DNA of 64,000 nt from Phoronis australis (lineage: Eukaryota > Animalia > Phoronida), in NCBI GenBank assembly GCA_002633005.1, contig NMRA01000161.1, positions 692,803 to 756,802 on the forward strand, read 5' to 3'. Both the position numbers and the translations under genes were made by a program. Numbering within the stretch: position 1 is the stretch's first letter; each line of letters starts with the position of its first letter. This document shows positions 22,547 to 35,582 of this stretch, piece after piece. Under the pieces are notes generated by a model. That model was given only the letters and a program-made list of their open reading frames with translations, was not told the origin of the DNA and searched no databases.

Positions 22547-24302
22547 ATTGAGAAAAGTACAAAATCATTTTTTTATTTTCCTCATAAAAGTATTGTGTAT
22601 TTGGATGAACTACTACACCATGACATGATAATGTCTGCAAAACTGCAACCATGGCCTGTATTAAAGGTGACAGTTTTTCACTATTTTTTTCACTAAATTG
22701 GTGCCCGCCTATTTAACCAAGAAGAATGTCACTGTATCAAAGGGCGCACAGCGGGTTTGGAGCAAAGGTCACCGATTTCAGGCCCTCTTTGTATGGTGGA
22801 ATTTGCTTCTGAACATTTACAAACGTATCAAATCCTATACTTTCTATAGGATATTTGGAAACTGTTAGGGTCTTGTGTGCTGATGCTGATAGTGTGCACT
22901 AGTGTACTTCTAGCACTGTTTTGTTATAATGTTGCTCTGTACATGACTTTTGGTTGACATCTTTGTAGAATTTTAAGTTTTAAATCTACTTGATTTTATT
23001 TATTATTCTATATATCATTTATTTACTTTATTCCGAGGCTCATGCTATGTAATTTTGAAAGTCAACAATGAAGAAACTTTGGGGGAAACTTTTTAATTAT
23101 ACTACAACTTTTGGACAAAAACATTTGCCAAGAATATAGCTCTTTTTTCATATTTCAAGGGCCTCTTATATTGTTACAAAAGTGGCAAGCATCTTTTCAA
23201 AATACTCTTATGGTAGCTTTGGTACAGAACTTCAACAAATAGTTTGGTGTTATAATACTTTTTGGTGGCGAAAAATGAGAAAATGAAATTTCAATTTGTC
23301 TGCCATATAATGTTCTAAATTTGTGAGATATTACCTTGCAGTAAAGTGAGAAGTAAAGCAATAAAAATAAAAGTCATTTACATTAAATTTTGCCTTCACA
23401 GACTGCTCAACCACAGACATGCAGTTTTTTACTAGAGCCTCTCTTCCGATGCTACTTGTTTGTAGTGTGGACTGAAAAAGAAACACGCAACATTGGTACA
23501 AATAAAATCATCTTAGTCTGGACGAAATGAAAATCATAAGTGACTAGAACTACTGTCTACAAGAGAGCCCTGGCTTTACGACCCTGATCCCAATGTGTGA
23601 AGGGCAACAGCTAATGAAATTTCCAAACGAATTAAGTTAAATATACTGACCCCAGGTCACCTGAAGACCAAATATCAGACTTAATTAAAGCTGCATTTCC
23701 CCTGTCAGCTGGCTAAAAAAGCAAATCAAAGTCCTCATAATATTCCTTACCGTAATTAAGATTTCATTTCCGATTCAAGCAACATGCACACGACTCATAT
23801 TTCAAATTCAAAATTTTAGGGTTGGCTAAACCTAATGTAGTCCCTGAAATAGAATCCTACAACGGTAAGGAATATTGCGATACCAATTTCATAGGACTTA
23901 ATTCGATTTTCATTACTTAGCTAGCCAAACACACTGAAGTGTAACTTCAAGAGTAGGCAGTGACTTAATCCAGTAACTTTGACACAGGCACTGAGTCCTC
24001 TCAATTTTGCCATGTCACTGTTATTCCTTCAACATGTATATGATAATGTGCAAAGTCACTTTCCTACGAGATGGAGTGCATTCAGTAAACAGGTCTGTTC
24101 TAAATTTTATCTACTTCCAAATGTCGAGATAGGTCAGTGAATTAAAAATTGTCATCAGGTAACAAGTAAAGGTAAATGTAAAAGTAAGTAATCATAATCA
24201 CTAATAGATAAAGGTATTTAGACAAGAATTAATTATAGTTTTTCTGTTAACCATAGTAAGTTGAAAGTCATGCTCCAGTATGCACTAACTGACACAAGTT
24301 AC

Positions 24303-24370
24303 CTGAACTTCTGTACCCTCTTCGAACTGACAATCTCTCAGAGCCCAGTAAACATCAGAATGTTTTTTAC
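24303..24370 (-). CDS. Gene B exon (GKKHSDVYWALRDCQFEEGTEVQ)
   Basis: tccttcaAG / GTAACT; only one open frame; phase 1 to 0. Confidence 0.68.
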
Positions 24371-25812
24371 CTTGAAGGACAGCAATTGTTTTACATCAAA
24401 AACAAATAGTCATTTGTTCATTCATAGTTTTGCTAACAATTTTTGATAACATTTAATAAGTCTGTCTGGTAGCGACACATATGCACACATGCAAACTTGA
24501 ACACACACACGCGCACACAGTACAAATGGCACAAAAGCATGTCCACATCAAAGAATAGGCCAAAATGGAAGAAAATAGGTTCTACGTGTCTATTCCAACA
24601 CTTATTTTGAAACCTGTGCCTCAAAAGTTAAGGAAGCAACAGCAACGCAGAACCCATGCCAACAACGTAAACAGTGTCCTTCTAGGGATGTTTATTAGTG
24701 TCAAAAATGGATACCAGGCAGCACAGAATATGTCAAATCCATCTCAAAATAGATAGATGCTCTCACCATCATAACAGAAACTTGTTTACCACATTTCAAT
24801 AAAATCTGTGAAAGGACTCTGAATATGCAGATTCAAACACAAAAACTAAAAAACACTTGCCAAATCTCGTCAATCTCTTGCCAATGACGTCAACATGCAC
24901 CCACATATAAACAGGTGGGCACATAAAAATGACCCACTAACATCAGTGTCAGCCGAGGTCTGGAATTTAAAACCTAAAGCTCACTGGACAGTCCCAAATT
25001 ACACAGTGAACTCTCTTTTGTCCTGGAGGTAAAAAAGTCTGTTGTTTTAATGTAACGCCAGGCACGGTTTTTCACAGGTCATGTTGGAAATGTGTATGGC
25101 AGTGGAAATATTCCTGATTTCAACTGTAATTATATACAGCCAGATTTGAGTGTCACTGTGTATTCCGGGATGAACCTATTACATCACGATTGGCACGACT
25201 CACAGTCTCACAGTATCAGTGCCATCGATTCAACCACAGCTAATCTCGTCTGTACCAAGTGAACTCGTGATGGGAAAAGTAAAAAATGCACCAATTTTGC
25301 AAGATTTTTTCATTGAAAATGCACCAACTAAAAAAAATAACTCACCACTGATAAAAGCGGACCACAACCAAGTAATTTCCTTTTTGACCCAAATGCTATT
25401 ATGTGGCCTATCCCAGAAAATTATCAGACTTGATTTTTTTCAATTCTTTACAGCTAGACTAGACTGAGTATTTGTCATCATGATAAACGATTACTGCAGG
25501 CACATCCTTTTAATAAAGTTCATACAGTATTCATAAGTTGTTTGATCAGTCGCCAGTTCGCTGTCCTAATCAACACCAAAGGATGGAATAAAACCTACAG
25601 GAGCAAAAAAATCATCAGACTTAACATAAATCTTTAAGGCTAGACTAGACTAGTTTTTTATGACTATAACTGTTGTGCGAAGAAGGAAAATGTCAGATTC
25701 CAATATTTGAACTTAATAAGATGGTCACATTTAAACATGATGGTGAGACTAGACCATCAAAATAATCAGGCTAAACTACTTCGCACTAACTCAATCAAAC
25801 CTCTTCACAAAC

Positions 25813-25947
25813 CTGGGTGAGTGGTGGCAAGGCCAACACAGGGGGAGAGGGCCGTAAAGTCTACATCACGTAGAATATCCTCATGGGAGACATTCATGCT
25901 GTCAAGTAGCTTTCTGAGACTTCGCCCACAATTCAACACGGAGATGT
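25813..25947 (-). CDS. Gene B exon (DISVLNCGRSLRKLLDSMNVSHEDILRDVDFTALSPCVGLATTHP)
   Basis: ccttcgcAG / GTTTGT; phase 1 to 1. Confidence 0.78.
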
Positions 25948-26305
25948 CTGCGAAGGCGAGTTGGAAGCAATCATTAATCCATGGCACATTAACATATCGT
26001 GTTTTTTTTACTGTTGAAATACCAGTCTGCATTTTACAGAAGATTGTAACCATTGACCTTTTGCTGATGTTCCTGATACTTAGCAACATTTTCGTCTCTA
26101 TTTATCCAGGTTTTGTATTACTTATTACTTAGCTCTTTCATTATTCTTAACAATATACATTTTCAAATTCGACATTCTGCCAAGTAAGAAAGACCTTTAA
26201 ATGGAAATAACGTTTTGCTTTCTGGGTACCGTGATTACTTGGTTCGGTAAATAATTAGTAAAAGTTGAATATGCCCAGTTACGAGTCAGTTTCTCACATT
26301 CTTAC

Positions 26306-26430
26306 CTGCCCCAATGGATTCTTTCTCACTGATAACTGGTAGGTCACAAAGCCAGCCATATAATGTGACCTCATGCCAGAAGTCATGATCGAATGACGGG
26401 CAAATCACCAAGCGCAGATGAGAATCGTAC
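26306..26430 (-). CDS. Gene B exon (YDSHLRLVICPSFDHDFWHEVTLYGWLCDLPVISEKESIGA)
   Basis: cctacAG / GTAAGA; phase 2 to 1. Confidence 0.78.
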
Positions 26431-27575
26431 CTGTAGGTCAAGACAACAAAATGTATTTATCATATAATTTGAATAGTATCAAACAAAAAGAATTGAAAAA
26501 CATTGTTTTTTCTCATTTTCAGGTATTCTAACATTGCACTCTAACAATATCTGATGGCAGCTGTGGTACAAATTTTGAACATGCATACGGTCCATGGAAA
26601 AAACAATAAAATAAAATTTCACTTGATGGCCATATTGTGCCCTAAATTGTTACTCTAGGCTGAAATTATCTACAACATATGGATCATTCCATTTGCACTG
26701 GCATGACTACATAGTTTTAAACAACTTTCTTAAAGTGCTGAAAACCACCATTTACCTTGTTCTTACAATTGATCACATTCATTTGTCAGCATTGTTAAAC
26801 ATTCCTTATCATTGCATATCACAATCAAGACTTCAATATATAAAAAATGAGATAATAGATGAAAAGCGATTTCAATCAAGTTTCTTAGCTCCACGGACAT
26901 GAGTGTGATACATGGACGTACCCAGTGTGTAATGTCCACAAACATGCAAGTTTCTTGTCCAAAGATGTGCCATACATGCACTTCTCTGATCTCACGCAGG
27001 AAAGTGAAAAGAGCTACAGCATGGTCAAATACGAAGTTTTCACAACCGTTACAAACACAACCCCTCAACATTCCATTGTATATCATAAACCGCAGGAAAA
27101 CGTACAGCATTATATCAGATGACTTTTCAGACTCACAGTGGAGAATGACAAATGTTTCGTTTGGTTGTTCCGGTTTTATGTTATGTTTCACCACTAAATG
27201 CTCGTACCTCAAGATCAGGTAATTAACATATCATCCAATAGTATTTGAAGGTGTTCTAATTTGACAGTTGGTCAGCTGGTGTTCTTTTTTTTCTTTTTTG
27301 GTGTTTTTGATATGAAATTGATGATTTTAAGCACTTTAAAACTGAATTTTGAATAATGAGTTCCTAACCTTAGTTCAATTAACAGTTTTCAAATTAAGCA
27401 CAAAAAAATGTGGAACCTAACTTAAGTTTTTCAGAAAAAAGTTTTTCAGTCACATAAATATAGCCATGGCAACACATCCGTCGGCACATGATTTAAGTTC
27501 AGCATCATTTTGTGCAACCACCATCATGCATTGTCCCAGTGACAAGTCGGTCACAGAACCTGAATACCAGCTCAC

Positions 27576-27669
27576 CTGAGCAGTGCAAAGCTTGAGTGCA
27601 GTCTGGCTTTACCGCCCCCTGGTGGATGTATAACATGGGGTGCTCTGGAATCATCGCACTCACAAGCAT
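27576..27669 (-). CDS. Gene B exon (ACECDDSRAPHVIHPPGGGKARLHSSFALLR)
   Basis: tttttcctcAG / GTGAGC; phase 1 to 2 frame joins the next exon (a phase 0 frame is also open). Confidence 0.72.
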
Positions 27670-27907
27670 CTGAGGAAAAAATGTGTGGTCAATAACTGAC
27701 GGCATCCAAGGATTTACAATCGTAAAAATTTTCCACTTCAGGTGCATTTTGTATAAACAGAATCTTACCAGATTTGGCAGTACATCAATTTGTCAAAAAT
27801 AGCCGCCATCACTTACATGTGTTCCCATATTGTACAACATCAAGGTGAATGATCACTTGTCATTAATAATACTCCTTGAATTTGGGATGGCCAATAGTAC
27901 CTATTTC

Positions 27908-29590
27908 AAAACAAGAGCAATACGGAGTGTTGAAATGCGTCCACGACTGCGATGCAAATGGTGAGCTTCTAATGGCCAGGTGTTTTTAGTACCATAAAAA
28001 TGGCCATTATATGGTGCAGAATAGGTCAAACCCTTCCAAAATTGGGAAAAGGTCACCGTCTCTATTACAAAACTGTTTATCAAATTTCATGAAAATTCAC
28101 CAAGTTAATGCAGATGTAGACGTAAAAAAATTGCCATTTAAGAAGGCACAGTCAGCAGCAGTGAAATCCGTCAATCAGAATAGACTTGACAAATTGTGAA
28201 AATAATGTCACTATGGAGCACCACAGTTATGTCGGACCCATCTGAAAATCCACGCCAGTTGTGCCCAAGTCAGTAGGAAAATACCTGTCAATTTTCATAA
28301 TGGTTCTCTGATCGGTTTGGCAGATACAGAAGCAGATGACAAAAAAGCAGACTCAAAAAATAATTGACATGGCCACTAGGTGGCACAGAATACGTCGAAT
28401 CCATCAAAAATTGGAAAGATGCCCCATCTTCATAATAGAAATTTGTTTCCAAATTTCCCTTAAAACTATCAAGGAACTTGGACGATGTAGAGGCAAAGGT
28501 TAAAAATAAATTTGCTACGGTAAAGTCGCGTGATTTTCGGACACTGAAAATTAATTCCAATAGAAAAAAATCATTCTTGGACGAATCTCGCGAAATATCA
28601 TTTTGTGGTGTCCGAATTTGGCGGACCTCCAAATTTGGGTTTCCGCTAGTGTCCGAATTTCGTGGGTGTACATTATTTCGATGAGCGGTCGCAGTATCAA
28701 CAATGCTGGCTCGGTCATTTGATANNNNNNNNNNNNNNNNNNNNNNNNNNNNNNNNNNNNNNNNNNNNNNNNNNNNNNNNNNNNNNNNNNNNNNNNNNNN
28801 NNNNNNNNNNNNNNNNNNNNNNNNNNNNNNNNNNNNNNNNNNNNNNNNNNNNNNNNNNNNNNNNNNNNNNNNNNNNNNNNNNNNNNNNNNNNNNNNNNNN
28901 NNNNNNNNNNNNNNNNNNNNNNNNNNNNNNNNNNNNNNNNNNNNNNNNNNNNNNNNNNNNNNNAGGCAGATGCTAAAAAAGAATTCATAATCATAAAAAT
29001 GGCCACCAGGTGGTGCAAAATATTCGAATCTGACAGAAAATGGAAAGGCAAAGCAATTAATTGAAACACATTTGACAAATTTCAGAAAAATCCATCAATA
29101 AATTCCAAAAATACAGAGGCAAACACAGATAAACTACAACTGCCAATAGGGAGCATACCTGTAGTCGGATTGGTCTGAAACAACTGTCATCATCCGTTAT
29201 CATCTCCAAAGCAACATATCTGCCACATTTCACAAAGATATTCCAAAGATTTAAGAACGCCGTGGATGCCGTCAAAAACATACCAAAAAACTTTATAATT
29301 GGCACCACAAGTGGCACAGAATGCGTCAAATCCATCCAAATTTTACGCAAATCCATCAAGGAACTCCACAGATAGAGAGAAAAGTAAAAATTAAATTGCC
29401 ACTAGGGGAACCAAAGCAGTAGTCGAATTAGTCCCAAACTCATGGTAGTCTGTCACCACCTTCATAGGAACACATTTGTCAAATCTCATGATCCTGCAAA
29501 CGGGTTTAGGAGATGCAGCCATGGACATCGAAAGCTCAGACAGAGATGACGGAAATATGCACCCAAATATAAATATGTGGGCATATGAAA
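27908..29590 (+). mobile_element. Helentron/HINE-like non-autonomous element (older copy, spans the gap)
   Basis: Same 5' end, internal repeats and 3' hairpin (atgcaccc...gggcat) as 58511-59745. Confidence 0.65.
28725..28963. other. Assembly gap (239 N)
   Basis: Run of N. Confidence 1.
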
Positions 29591-29862
29591 ATGGTACAAG
29601 CTCTGACCAACTTGATCCGAAGACAGTCATATCATAAAGCCATGTAATTTGTGATCTTCCAGGGCCGTAAATGTGTCTTCAAATAGAGAACACACAAAAA
29701 ATAATCGCACAAAATGGCGTGTTCAGAGGTTAGTTAATAATCTGATATAACCGACCAGTACCGGTGTTATAGTTCAACCATGGACGGGCAATGGAATAAT
29801 AGTGAAGAGAGATCAATAATTGGTCAAAACGAGCGAGTGATGTCATATGTCACGCCACCTAC

Positions 29863-29918
29863 TGGCTCCATCAGTTTGGGTGGTCCAAAATATCGGACAT
29901 GAAGTGTGTAAGCTGCGA
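29863..29918 (-). CDS. Gene B exon (RSLHTSCPIFWTTQTDGA)
   Basis: tcatttttcAG / GTAGGT; supplies the required phase 2 to 1 link. Confidence 0.55.
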
Positions 29919-30508
29919 CTGAAAAATGAACCTACTTTAGATTTGAAGTAAGATTTTTCTGTGATCACAGTGATGAAAACAAATTGTTTTTACTTGTTAC
30001 AGATACATGCAAAAAATATTTGTAGTTAACTTGTGAAATGCAAGAAATAAGTATTTAATCTAAGTTATTTTATTGAACAAATCATAACAGACCTGAAACA
30101 AACTTGTGGGTTGGGCACAGGTTTAGTCCAGACTGAGTCACTTTATCCTGAAATGCAATGCGAAATTCAAAAGAATTTAAAATTCATGTTGCAATTATAA
30201 ATTAAAACCTCAATTTTACCTGTATTTAGCTGTCAATGTCGAGTTCCTGACCGAAGCATGTTCATCTTTAAAAACATGACAACGCTCATCCAATCTTGAA
30301 TTATTGTCAAATGAGCAAGCAACTCGCACCACAGGCAATACTTGCACGCAACATTTTCCAATCTGTTATTTTAGGTTGGTTAACCCCAGTAAAATCTTGA
30401 GCGTTTTCTTGAGTCACTGACTTTTTCGATGTTCTTAACATCTATTCCCTGGCAATACCATGGTGACCATCCGGCTACTCCCACTAGGTGTCAGTCAAGT
30501 TAACTTAC

Positions 30509-30612
30509 ACCAATTCTCTTATGTGATCCAGTTCACCACAGAAGTTGAATACAAGTAGTTTGAGAGACTGTCTCCACTGAACTAAATGACCAAGGGTTAT
30601 GACTGGCATTGC
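30509..30612 (-). CDS. Gene B exon ((AMPVITLGHLVQ)WRQSLKLLVFNFCGELDHIRELV); start at 30612 or 30576
   Basis: GTAAGT donor; phase 0 to 2; two in-frame acceptor options. Confidence 0.5.
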
Positions 30613-31146
30613 CTATTGTACAAGTTTCCTGATACATCTCCAGGAGAATCTTGGCCATGATTTTTGTAACAAAATTGAATGTATACCAACAACGAAAAGT
30701 AGAAATTTAAAGTAAAATAGTTCACGAACTGATCTAGCCATTTCAGTGGAGCAAGTGTAGGGAGGGGGAACAAAGATCTTCAAAGCTGTCCCTACTTAAC
30801 AAGACTTATGAAATTATGACAAGGGGTCGTAAGAAATATTCAGTTTTCATTTCACTGTCAGTTTGAATCTCTCACATTCAGTCAGCATCTATCAATTCAG
30901 ACAATTACCTCGATTCTTGAAAATTTAAAAACCTTACATTCATAAATTAGCCATCAGTTTCCTTGCAACAGATGCAAAAACGTGCAATCTACTCCTCGCC
31001 AGTTTTCTTTTAAAATACCCATCATCAAAGAAGTCTTCTTCCACGTGGTGCTTTTATGATATTGTATTATCATTAAAGCCATAGATTTGGCAACTATAAG
31101 CCTTAAACTCACCTAGCCTGTACCACTGTACCTAAACTGTACTTAC

Positions 31147-31300
31147 TTTATCACAAACAATTTTGATGTCAACATTCTTTGGCAGTTGTCGACACAGGCT
31201 AAAGGGGTCTCTGTCCACTGTCACAAGCAGGACAGAGGAGAGACCTTGCGTTGGAAACACCTCATCGAATGATCTCAAGCACTCCGTGTCAGCTGCGCAA
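31147..31300 (-). CDS. Gene B exon (CAADTECLRSFDEVFPTQGLSSVLLVTVDRDPFSLCRQLPKNVDIKIVCDK)
   Basis: ttgttttcAG / GTAAGT; phase 2 to 0. Confidence 0.78.
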
Positions 31301-33946
31301 CTGAAAACAATAGGAACAAGATGGTATGAAAAATTAAACATAATTCATGTGGTACAATTTATTAAAACTAAACCTTAATGAAGACATTGACGAAGATAAG
31401 TCTAATACAGAACACACAAAGGTTACAATGTAATATTTGTAACAAAAGATATAGAAGATAACAGTCCTTCGCAAAAATATTATTTTTTTGATTTTTTAAA
31501 GGTAGATTACCTCACCGGAAATAATGAAATTTTTGACAAAATGTTACTTTTTCAACATCTACTTGGTATAAATTAAACTAATAGACACGAATCTGGTTAA
31601 TCTACATTTTTATTGAGAAATTAGACAAAGAAGTTTTCACTTCAATGCCATATAATTGTGCTGAACATTGTAGGTGAAGTGCCGCAATATCCTCGACATG
31701 TCCATTGTATGAGGCAAAGAGGAAAGAAGTGTGGCCCTCCCCCACCCCGCTTGACAAGAAACTTTACGGCCGCCTAGATGACCTGCAGAGGACAGCAGCA
31801 TTCACTGGCAGATCATATTTGACCATTTGAATAACGAGCAGAAGAAGAAGACTTCACTGCCATAGTAATTATGTGCTGAACACCGTAGGTGAAGTGTCGC
31901 AAATGACTTCTGTGTATGGTGGATAACTTAATTGGTATAATGGTAATTAACTTATAATCACAAGTTACATACTTCAAGAATAGGTGTGAGAGCGAAGAAG
32001 TATGTGAATTGGTCTCCCCCTTCTGTCCACTGACTTTTACATAGTAATGCCTTTTTGATAAAATCTTACTGATTTTTAAGGGAAATGAAATTTTATCTCT
32101 ATTATTGCTCCCATCATAAATTGATTCTGAGAAAATGAAGACATTCACAATGATGTCACGGTGAAGCTGATAGTTTATGGTATTCCACCCAGAAATATTC
32201 CATAAACTTTTCTAAAACAGCTTCCTGCTATGCTCATCTTGTATTTCTATTTGAGAAGAATCAACAAAAGCTAATAAAAGTTCAAAGCCATTTGTTGAAA
32301 AGAAGTGAGGACATATTTATATAACTGGGGCAACTCCTTTTCAGCAATATCCATGATTTATTTTCTGGGTTTCCATATATAAGAAATGCAGTTAAAACAT
32401 ACTAATTTAAGAAAAAATAATTGTTTTTTTTTCATTTTTCCAGTCTCTAACCCCTGGATGCCCACAGTCTCAAAACATTGTCTGATGGTACCTACAGTGT
32501 ATTATAGAACATAGAAATGATAAAACACTTGCTTTATTTAGGTCCACTCATCAATCAAGAACAAAAAATTCTAAAAACAAATTTTCAATAATGTCTACCA
32601 CATCTTTGAGATATTTTACGTTCACGATATGACATGAAATTTGATTCAAAAGTGACATCCCAATGTTTCAGATTCTGCCATCCTGAGGTCAGAAATCACA
32701 ATTCCATTAATCTCCATGAAAACATGTTGACTGATTCCAAGTCTACACCCTTGTGGCAACTGGTGTAAGTGGTCAAATCCTGAGATAAACAGTTTATCAT
32801 TTATAATCTTCAAGGTGATTAATTTATACAATCCAGGGCTAATCTCTTAAACTGAGTAACAACACACATACTATCAACAAGATATTGTCTACCAAAAGTC
32901 TCAATCACATTCCAGTGGAAGATAGTGTGGAACCTCGCCTGAAACCTGACCTCAGATAGCACTGATAAAAATTTACACCAAGAGTCTTTTAGACACATTA
33001 GCAGTGACAGCATAGAGAACACCAGCTGAACACCACAGTGGCACCCGTTCCTGAATACAGTAGAGTGTGCAGGGTAAGTGATTTTCCATGCGCCTGTTCT
33101 TTCCAAATGGTCTGATATGCTAACAAGCAGGCTTTGTGAGGCGATAACTAGCCCACTGCCCTGTAGCAGTGTCTCTATTGCATTCGGCTCATAGGGGAGG
33201 AAGGTCATCCATGATTAGGACAACTGAAATATTTCAACAACTGATTACTGTCTTTAGCACCCTTTAATTGAGTGAAGGAACTCAGCTGCTTGTAAACCAA
33301 TCTCAAAGGAAATGGATGTCAAATAACCCTGAGGGCATGACAAAAGACAGAAGGCAGGGAAACTCACATCTTGATGTTTGCATTCAAATAATGTAAGTGT
33401 TTATTTTTTTATCAAACACAAATGGTTGGTCTTCCACAATGCCATCTTAAGTCATTACACCTGTCTTCGTTAGATTCACAGCAGTCATTACTTACTGTTA
33501 ATAGTTGAGGTAGGCAAGTACTAACTCCACACATTTATCTCAGTATGGGTTTCTATGTTGGTTTTAATGTGTCACACACTTGTATAGTACTAAAATAGGT
33601 AACCCCATACACCTAGGAATTAACCTTTGGCCCGGCAATTATATGTTAGGCATTGCATGTGTGCTTCTAATGTTTTATGGTTTTAGAAACTGTCACTGAG
33701 ATGTTAAATGAATTATAACTGTCTTGAAATGAAAGCTAAATGTATGAGATCAATAGAAATAAGATAGACGGCATTGATATTCAAATTACAATTTGAATGC
33801 AGTTACGGCATAAAACCATTTCAAGAAACCTCGGAACCTTGATCACAAAAAATGTAAACCTCAGTGGACAAACTCTCGAGACCTAAATGTATGTGAAGAA
33901 CTACTGACTTAATGGTTACATGAATCAGCCCCTCACTACCACCTAC

Positions 33947-34021
33947 CAACACAACAGCAGAATTGCCAACTCTAGATGTATTGAGACTCGAGAGCTGGTA
34001 GACCTCAGGAGAAGCTCCATA
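33947..34021 (-). CDS. Gene B exon (MELLLRSTSSRVSIHLELAILLLC)
   Basis: ttaatacAG / GTAGGT; phase 2 to 2. Confidence 0.6.
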
Positions 34022-35132
34022 CTGTATTAACACAAAATGTTCCCATAGTTGCTATCTAGACACAGAAAGATACTCTGTGTAACCATCCGTTGATGTTTCA
34101 CAGAAATGTCCAATATGACTACATGGTTTTGCAAAAACGTGTGTCTGTGGTGAACAGTAAACTATCAGTCAGCCTCTTGTAGATCCAAGGATGTTGCATG
34201 TAGCACTGGGGCCTAACCACATTTTTTTAATGAAAAATATTTGTGGGGTCTTTTAATTAAACCTCATTCCAGTATAGTCTTTTATATTTAGTTGAGTAAA
34301 TGGACTTGGGCCCCAGGGGTTCTAGGGTTCCCCAAATTCCACTTATGGTCATAAGACAAATGACACCACTAGTCCCTTTTGGAGGTCCCTGATTTTAAGA
34401 ACCATCTTCGTCCACTGATTCAAAGGATGCCAGTGATTGTCTGGCTCTCAAAACCAGAAACAAATAAGAGGAACTAATACCAAACAAATGCACACCATGG
34501 AGTGAAATATTTATTGGTTTTTGCAGGTTTGAATCCTCTGATAACTATTGCTAACTATTCCATGATGATGGTGCTGGGGTCCTTCTGTTGAAAAGTTGAA
34601 AATATTCACTGCTTAGGAGTTCAGAGAATGTTTAAATAGCCATTTTCAGATATTGCAGCAGTGACATACGCCTTCTTGCTAAGCACGTAAAAAAGTCTTC
34701 AGTATGGTATAGCCCTTAAAATTTTGGGACCTAAAAATTAAAGTGGAAACTGAATTCTCTTGGTTTTATATATTACATTGGGACACAGATGATTTTGGTG
34801 TCAATCAATTTCTCAAATTTAGGACATGTTTGAATCTGAAAAAGACTAATGGCAGTTCATAAAATCGACAAAAAATAGCTGCCAATGCAACTTTTCCACC
34901 ATTATGTTGTTAAAATCCCAATGTAATCAAATGATTCAAACACATATTTCAGTCCTAAAACCTCTGGAGACAAAAGAAATGTTGTGCCATCTCAGGCAAC
35001 TCAGAACATCTTGTAAATTTGAATTAGCAATTGGGTCAACAAAGGAAGCTTTCGTACTCTCACAACCTCGAAGAGCTTTACGTTGAATGTTCCATAATAA
35101 GATGACGTAAAGTGAAACTGCAGCTGCATTCC

Positions 35133-35582
35133 CAAGGTACCTAAACTACACGGTTAACGGACTCATAAACATGGTCACGAACGCATGAACATGATTCACG
35201 GACCTGCAAACACCGTCCACTGACTCACAAACACGGCAACGGACTCACAAAACACTATCCATTCACCCAAATACATGGGACACAGACTCATATTCACGAG
35301 GAAACACGGTTAACAGACCGCCAAACACAGGTCACGGACTCATCGGCTTCCTGGGTCATTTGACATCTACATTTTGTCCGTAAACCGTGTTTGGCGATCC
35401 GTTAACGGTGTTTCTTCGTGAATATGAGTCTGTGTCCCGTGTATTTGGGTGAATGGATCATGTTTTGTGATTCCGTTCCCGTGTTTGTGAGTCAGTAGAC
35501 GGTGTTTGCAGGTCCATGAGTCGTGTTCATGCATCCGTGACCGTGTTTATGAGTCTGTTAACCGTGTAGTTTATGTACCTTG
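35133..35582. mobile_element. Foldback element, arms of about 205 bp, 5-bp TSD ATTCC
   Basis: 35133-35340 is the reverse complement of about 35375-35582; ATTCC at 35128-35132 and 35583-35587. Confidence 0.88.

Noticed and set aside
28551-29078. Long ORFs in the track
   Set aside because: Artefacts of translating through the N gap.
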